Positions 61,445-61,713 of a DNA stretch of 61,713 bases are shown here, piece after piece. Each line of letters begins with the position of its first letter. Within the stretch, counting starts at the first letter, position 1. The notes beneath the pieces are model-generated. The model was given only the letters and a program-made list of their open reading frames with translations, was not told where the DNA came from and did no database searches. The stretch is from Candidatus Micrarchaeota archaeon. Lineage in GTDB: Archaea; Micrarchaeota; Micrarchaeia; Burarchaeales; JBFMAP01. Both the position numbers and the translations under genes were made by a program. The stretch lies in assembly GCA_964632135.1 (NCBI GenBank), contig CAZWEI010000002.1, positions 1-61,713 of the forward strand. Reading direction: 5' to 3'.

Positions 61445-61711
61445 ATGGAACTCCCCCAAAAAACGCGCGCACTCCTGAAATCAGGAAAAGCGGACATAAA
61501 GGTGAAGCGCGCGGGCACTCTTCAGTTCCAGGAGTTCGTGGTGAAGAAGATACCCTCGCCTGTGGGCGCGTACGTCGTTCTCCACGTGGAGAATTTCATC
61601 GATTTGAGCGAACTGCTGCGCCTCGCTGAGGAGTACAAACTCCCTATTTCCGCGAAGAACGGGGTCGTTTTCCCGCAGGGGACGGCTTCGCGCGACTTCG
61701 TGAAACCCTAG
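61445..61711 (+). CDS. Hypothetical 88-aa protein
   Basis: Complete ORF 4 nt after the previous stop. No motif was recognised. Confidence 0.5.
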   Translation: MELPQKTRALLKSGKADIKVKRAGTLQFQEFVVKKIPSPVGAYVVLHVENFIDLSELLRLAEEYKLPISAKNGVVFPQGTASRDFVKP

Positions 61712-61713
61712 TG

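Noticed and set aside
1-61713. A search by eye for transposases, integrases, rRNA genes, CRISPR arrays and cas genes.
   Set aside because: No ORF shows DDE, tyrosine- or serine-recombinase, or Cas signatures. No rRNA-like sequence was seen, and no array of three or more regularly spaced repeats is present.

Overview
This is a densely coded window on both strands that reads as archaeal. Evidence: class I LysRS, TFE-alpha, RpoK, a tRNA-splicing endonuclease, Taw1, a GTP-type dephospho-CoA kinase, geranylgeranyl reductase, TATA-like promoters with GGAGGTG-type SD sites, and tRNAs with non-canonical introns. I guess a DPANN/Micrarchaeota-like lineage; this is an inference and was not searched.

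Recognisable content:
- A contiguous lower archaeal-type mevalonate pathway: mvk, ubiX, UbiD-like decarboxylase, aconitase-X large and small subunits, and IPK.
- Other isoprenoid and lipid genes: idsA, a ferredoxin + GGR pair, a dolichol-kinase-like gene and a PAP2 phosphatase.
- thiC, rpiA, rnhB, a RecJ-like DHH protein, a beta-CASP RNase, mscL, a lemA-htpX pair, a PilB/VirB11-type ATPase, and MinD- and KaiC-like ATPases with surface proteins.
- Two intron-containing tRNAs: initiator Met, and Lys-CUU sitting directly upstream of lysK.

Signals not explained by ordinary annotation:
1. A family of ~50-nt double-hairpin palindromic elements, with at least 6 copies. One copy is nested. Several lie inside ORFs and are translated.
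2. A dispersed family of receiver-like (mostly pseudo-receiver) genes in stretches that look AT-richer by eye. Many share a ~30-nt promoter/5'UTR module. One sits in a tandem duplication that left a HAD gene fragment, and one is split at a C8 tract.
3. Several orphan gene sets: an 826-aa coiled-coil protein with wHTH partners, a triplicated helical paralog array, and a KaiC-to-MinD surface-protein row.

No CRISPR array, rRNA or transposase was seen. All calls rest on motif recognition by eye; no searches were run.
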